From Sedimentisphaerales bacterium (lineage in GTDB: Bacteria > Planctomycetota > Phycisphaerae > Sedimentisphaerales > SM23-30): a stretch of DNA of 64,000 nt. Location: assembly GCA_963666285.1 (NCBI GenBank), contig OY762711.1; one strand, given 5' to 3'. Positions 59,927-64,000 of the stretch are shown here, in pieces; the first letter of the stretch is position 1; every line of letters starts with the position of its first letter. The translations under genes and the position numbers were made by a program. The notes under the pieces are model-generated. The model was given only the letters and a program-made list of their open reading frames with translations. It made no database searches and was not told where the DNA came from.

Positions 59927-60958
59927 ATGCATGGAAATAAGAATTTTTTAGAAGCGATAGAAATGCTTCGAAGCTCTTCAAGAATATTGGTGGTAAGCCA
60001 TGTTCGGCCGGACGGGGATGCCATCGGCTCAACTATAGCATTATGCCGGAGCATACGAGCCCAGGCAAAGCTGGATGACCGGAAGTGTGTCTGTCATGTT
60101 ATGCTGCTGAGCTATGTTGGCGAGTCGTATAAATTCCTGTTGAGCGGAGATGAGTTAATTGTTGGAGAGAATGTTTCGCAGGAAGAGATGTCCAGTGATA
60201 AATTAAATGAATATGATTTGATTATCGTGGTTGACACGCGTGCAAAGCGTCAGATGCCGGGCCTGGGCGATTATCTGATAGAGCGTACATCGTTAGGCAA
60301 GCCTGTTCTTGTTTTGGACCATCATTTATCAGGCGATGATATTGGAACTTGCCAGGTGATTGATACTGATGCAGGCGCAGCCGGTGAGATAGTGTATAAT
60401 TTATGCCGTGCAGCAGATTTTCCAATGGATCGAAAGGCCCTGGAAGCAGTATTTGTGGCGATATGTACCGATACCGGCTGGTTTAAGTTCCAGAATACCA
60501 AGGCAGATTCATTTCTCATAGCTTCAGAGCTGATAAGTGGTGGTGTCGAGGTTGACAAGATGTATCGGGACCTTTTCATGAAGCATGAACCGGCTAAGCT
60601 GCTGTTGATGACCGAGGCATTGCAAACCCTGGAGCTGAGGAGCGAAGGAAAATTTGCGATAATGACAATAACCAACCGTATGATGGAGAAAGTTGGTGCA
60701 GATCGCAGTCATATAGAAAATATTGTAAATGAGCCGATGCAGATTGGTAGTGTTGAAGTTTCGATAATGTGTGTTGAGATGGAAGAAGAAGGGAAAACTC
60801 GTTTTAGTCTTCGCAGTAAAGAGTATGTAGATGTGAATGAGATAGCAAATACTTTAGGCGGCGGCGGACATGCCAGAGCGGCCGGTGTAACTATTTGTAA
60901 ACCACTGACTGAAGCGAAGAAGGAAATAATCAAAGCGATTGAAGCAGAAATAAAATAG
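59927..60958 (+). CDS. nrnA: DHH/DHHA1 phosphoesterase (NrnA-like oligoribonuclease/PAP phosphatase)
   Basis: H.RPDGDAIGS, LDHH, TDTG.F, SLRS and GGGGHARAAG. Confidence 0.88.
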   Translation: MHGNKNFLEAIEMLRSSSRILVVSHVRPDGDAIGSTIALCRSIRAQAKLDDRKCVCHVMLLSYVGESYKFLLSGDELIVGENVSQEEMSSDKLNEYDLIIVVDTRAKRQMPGLGDYLIERTSLGKPVLVLDHHLSGDDIGTCQVIDTDAGAAGEIVYNLCRAADFPMDRKALEAVFVAICTDTGWFKFQNTKADSFLIASELISGGVEVDKMYRDLFMKHEPAKLLLMTEALQTLELRSEGKFAIMTITNRMMEKVGADRSHIENIVNEPMQIGSVEVSIMCVEMEEEGKTRFSLRSKEYVDVNEIANTLGGGGHARAAGVTICKPLTEAKKEIIKAIEAEIK

Positions 60959-60988
60959 CCAAAAATTACAAGTCATGGAAGACTTTAG

Positions 60989-62164
60989 ATGCCAGAATTA
61001 TTAAAGGAAAATAGATACTCGCCTGAGGCGGCATGGATAATGATAGCAATTTCATCGCTGCTGTGCCTGGGGGCATTGATGGTATATTCAGCCGGTGCGA
61101 CCATTGATCGTGAGATAGATTACAGTCAATTCTGGCAATATACGACTTTACGCAGAATAGTCTTTGTTCCGATAGTGTTGCTGGTCTTAGCAGTTTCCAG
61201 CAGATTGCCGTATCGAATATTTTTGATCAATAAGAAGCGTTTCTGGCTAAGCCCGGTAATATTGTATCTAATAATAAGCCTGGCATTCCTGATAATGACG
61301 CTCATTCCCGGTTTTGGCGGCGTGGAGATAAATGCATCCAGTCGTTGGCTCAACCTTTTTGGTATAAGGTTTCAGCCATCGGAACTGGTAAAATGGCTGA
61401 CAGTGTTTTTTCTTTCTGGCTGGCTAGTTTATAATCATGATAATGCCGGAAAGTTCTGGAAGGGTTTTGTTCCCGGTTTTGGTATTTTAGGATTAATGTG
61501 CGGTCTGATTGGTAAGGAAGATTTTGGTACGGCTGCTTTGCTGGGGCTTGTTGGTACCGTATTGCTGGTTTCAGGTGGAGTAAAAGCCCGGTATCTTCTT
61601 TTATTGATACCGATAGCCGTGGCCGGTTTTTATTTTGGCGTATATAAAGTTGAATATCGCTGGGAGCGTGTGCTGGCACATTTTGATCCGGATAAACTGG
61701 CGGAAGCTGCCAGCGGAGCGAGGTATCAGGGAGACCAGTCGGTAATGGCAATTTCAGTAGGAGGTCTTTTTGGAACGGGTTTGGGGCAGGGCCTGGTAAA
61801 GCTGGGCTGGCTGCCGGAGGATACGACAGATTTTATTTTTGCAATAATAGCCGAGGAGCTGGGTTTTGTGGGATGTGTTATTGTAGTGGGTCTGTATCTT
61901 ATGCTGATTTTCCAGGGGATACGCATTATTCAGAAATGTAATGAGCCAACTGGTAAGCTGATAGGCTTTTCGGTAACGGCAATGATAAGCTGCCAGGCTT
62001 TGATTAATCTGTTTGTGGTTTCCGGCATGGCTCCAACTAAAGGGATAGCACTGCCGTTTATCTCGGCAGGCGGGTCCGGGCTGGTAGTTACGGCACTGGC
62101 GTATGGTGTATTGATTAATGTTGCGCGAATGAGCAATAAAGAGCTCAAAGTTAATGCTGAATAA
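60989..62164 (+). CDS. ftsW: SEDS-family peptidoglycan glycosyltransferase FtsW
   Basis: SRWL…FQPSE, DFGTA, G.GLGQG..K..LPE..TDFIFAII.EELG and PTKGI.LPFISAGGS; located upstream of murG. Confidence 0.88.
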   Translation: MPELLKENRYSPEAAWIMIAISSLLCLGALMVYSAGATIDREIDYSQFWQYTTLRRIVFVPIVLLVLAVSSRLPYRIFLINKKRFWLSPVILYLIISLAFLIMTLIPGFGGVEINASSRWLNLFGIRFQPSELVKWLTVFFLSGWLVYNHDNAGKFWKGFVPGFGILGLMCGLIGKEDFGTAALLGLVGTVLLVSGGVKARYLLLLIPIAVAGFYFGVYKVEYRWERVLAHFDPDKLAEAASGARYQGDQSVMAISVGGLFGTGLGQGLVKLGWLPEDTTDFIFAIIAEELGFVGCVIVVGLYLMLIFQGIRIIQKCNEPTGKLIGFSVTAMISCQALINLFVVSGMAPTKGIALPFISAGGSGLVVTALAYGVLINVARMSNKELKVNAE

Positions 62165-62280
62165 CTAAAATAATTAAGGTGCTGCTTTTTGACTTTGTTT
62201 TTCTTGCTTGTGGCGGTTTATTGACAAGTACGAAAAGCTTCGCAAATTTCGTATCTTTCGTGAAAAAATGGAAGTAAGTT

Positions 62281-63390
62281 TTGAGTAATCCGATATTTAT
62301 ATTGGCAGGCGGCGGCAGTGGCGGGCATTTGTACCCTGGTATTTCCGTTGCGCAGTATTTGACTGATAAACTGCCTCATGCCGAAGTTGTGTTTTTATGT
62401 ACAGAGCGTGAGATAGATAAGAAGATTTTATCTAATTATCCCTGGAAGTATATACCACAGCCGGTAAAGCCTGTGCCGCGTAATCTTTTGAAAGTTCCGG
62501 GATTTCTTTTAGATTGGCAAAAGAGCTGTCATATGGCAGCTGAATTGTATAAAAAACACAGGGGGCATGTGGTTGTATGCGGGTTGGGTGGTTTTGCTTC
62601 AGGGCCAGCAATAAAGACTGCATGTAAGATGAATGTTCCGGTTGCTATGCTGAACCCTGATGCCGTGCCGGGCAAGGCGAATAAATTCAGCCAGAAATAT
62701 GTCAGCCAGATATTTGTGCAATGGCAGGAAACAGTCGAGGAGTTTGGCAGATATAGTAATAAATGTATGGTCACCGGCTGCCCGGTGCGTTCAGGTTACA
62801 GTCGTGACGTTGGTCTACTGTCACCTGAGAAGTTATATACTCGTGAACTGTTGGTTTTCGGCGGTTCGCTGGGCGGCCATAATGTTAATACGGCAGTTAC
62901 CTCATGTGTCGGTTATATTCATGCCCGTAAGCCAAGTCTTCTGGAAGGGTGGAAGATAGTTCATATTACCGGCGAGCGGGATTTCGAATTTGTGCAGGAA
63001 AAATATTCTGAGTTGCCCTATGATACCGAGGTTTTGAGCTATTGTGATGATATGGATGAACAGCTCAAGAAGGCTTCTATGGTGGTATGCCGGGCGGGAG
63101 CCTCGACTCTTGCAGAGTTGACATCGATAGGAGTTGGCAGTATATTATTACCATACCCTTACCATAAGGATAAGCATCAGCTGAGAAATGCCGAGATACT
63201 GGCAGGTCATGGTGCAACGGTTATCGTTGAAGATACAAATGACGATGTAAAGACTGCGGCACTGCTGTATAAGGTTTTCTGTGAGAGTTTGAATAAGGAT
63301 TCGTGTTACAAGCTGGCTATAGCAGCAAAGAATATGGCTCGTTCGAATGCCGCGGAGATGGTGGCATCGGAACTGGCAGTGATGCTGTAG
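62281..63390 (+). CDS. murG: UDP-GlcNAc:lipid I N-acetylglucosamine transferase
   Basis: AGGGSGGHLYPG, GLGGFASGP, PGKANK, TGCPVR, FGGSLGG, CRAGAST and HQLRNA; TTG start. Confidence 0.92.
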   Translation: MSNPIFILAGGGSGGHLYPGISVAQYLTDKLPHAEVVFLCTEREIDKKILSNYPWKYIPQPVKPVPRNLLKVPGFLLDWQKSCHMAAELYKKHRGHVVVCGLGGFASGPAIKTACKMNVPVAMLNPDAVPGKANKFSQKYVSQIFVQWQETVEEFGRYSNKCMVTGCPVRSGYSRDVGLLSPEKLYTRELLVFGGSLGGHNVNTAVTSCVGYIHARKPSLLEGWKIVHITGERDFEFVQEKYSELPYDTEVLSYCDDMDEQLKKASMVVCRAGASTLAELTSIGVGSILLPYPYHKDKHQLRNAEILAGHGATVIVEDTNDDVKTAALLYKVFCESLNKDSCYKLAIAAKNMARSNAAEMVASELAVML

Positions 63391-63455
63391 GAAAGGGTGA
63401 AAATAAAAAGAAAAAATATCGTGTTTGGAATTTAAGCTTTTTCTTTTTTGAATCA

Positions 63456-63716
63456 TTATTTTAATCTGTCAATATCTTTGGGGAACTTTTCTTCAATTTC
63501 GAAGTCATCATCTATTGGTTCTCTGTCTCTATTACGTGAATTCCAAGCTGTATTGAGATGGTGGTATATGTGGGTTATTCTAATTTGGAATTCAGTATCA
63601 TCTATTTTTCCAGCTTCAAACATATTTTGGATTAGATCGCTAAGTGATTCTTGGGCATCTTGCATTTGCATTATCAGTAATGTCCATTCAACTGGATTGT
63701 TCTTGCTGTTAATCAT
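63456..63716 (-). CDS. Hypothetical protein (86 aa)
   Basis: ORF starts 7 bp after the toxin stop; motif HIYHHLNTAWNSR. Confidence 0.65.
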   Translation of the reverse strand: MINSKNNPVEWTLLIMQMQDAQESLSDLIQNMFEAGKIDDTEFQIRITHIYHHLNTAWNSRNRDREPIDDDFEIEEKFPKDIDRLK

Positions 63717-63723
63717 TTGTAAA

Positions 63724-64000
63724 TTAACTTAACCGGTCCTTGAGTTTTTCAGGGTTTTGTCGGCAATCCAGGACGGCTAAAACTTGGATTAGATTATTTT
63801 CCACACGATAGTAAATGGCAAAGGGAAACCGTTTTGAAAGATGTCGGTGATAGCCAAAGAATTTTGAGTGAATACCGCCATAAATCTGGAGGGAATCGAT
63901 ATCGGAGAAGAGAGAATCCAGAAAATACTGACCTAAGCCGGCAACCTGATTTTCATAGAATCTGGCTCCTTCAAGCAGGTCCTGTTCAGCTTCATTAAGT
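63724..64000 (-). CDS. ParE/RelE-family toxin, 5'-truncated by the window edge
   Basis: Translated by hand as LNEAEQDLLEGARFYENQVAGLGQYFLDSLFSDIDSL…KRFPFAIYYRV…VLAVLDCRQNP…RLS*; not in the ORF track. Confidence 0.85.
   Translation of the reverse strand, partial: LNEAEQDLLEGARFYENQVAGLGQYFLDSLFSDIDSLQIYGGIHSKFFGYHRHLSKRFPFAIYYRVENNLIQVLAVLDCRQNPEKLKDRLS

Noticed and set aside
63890..63925. Suspected frameshift in the edge ParE-like toxin
   Set aside because: Careful reading gives an uninterrupted frame (…FLDSLFSDIDSL…).

Overview
Chromosomal window that most likely comes from a Phycisphaerae-type planctomycete. This is inferred from dockerin-like C-terminal tails, a LESLESRVLL (LEPR-XLL) N-terminal motif, an HTH-EIIA fusion and a Gly/Met-rich secretin. 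Housekeeping genes (thpR, gmhA, gpsA, an aroK-aroC fusion, aroB, miaB, gap, ribF, nrnA-like, ftsW, murG) are interspersed with secreted and carbohydrate-active proteins. Accessory DNA includes an AT-rich solitary 1556-aa nuclease-STAND (Avs-like) gene, one intact IS3-family element, two IS66-type MITEs with 8-bp target duplications, a decayed addiction module and a frameshifted alpha-amylase. The + strand switches from pyrimidine/C-rich to purine/G-rich between about 25 and 33 kb, which is the polarity expected at an origin, but no dnaA is present. Several intergenic repeat families are mirror-oriented across this switch. The most striking is a composite element of heptamer tandem array + (G)AGG + small hairpin + TTTTAAA. 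No rRNA, tRNA or CRISPR array was seen. All calls are by eye from the sequence and the ORF track; no searches were run.
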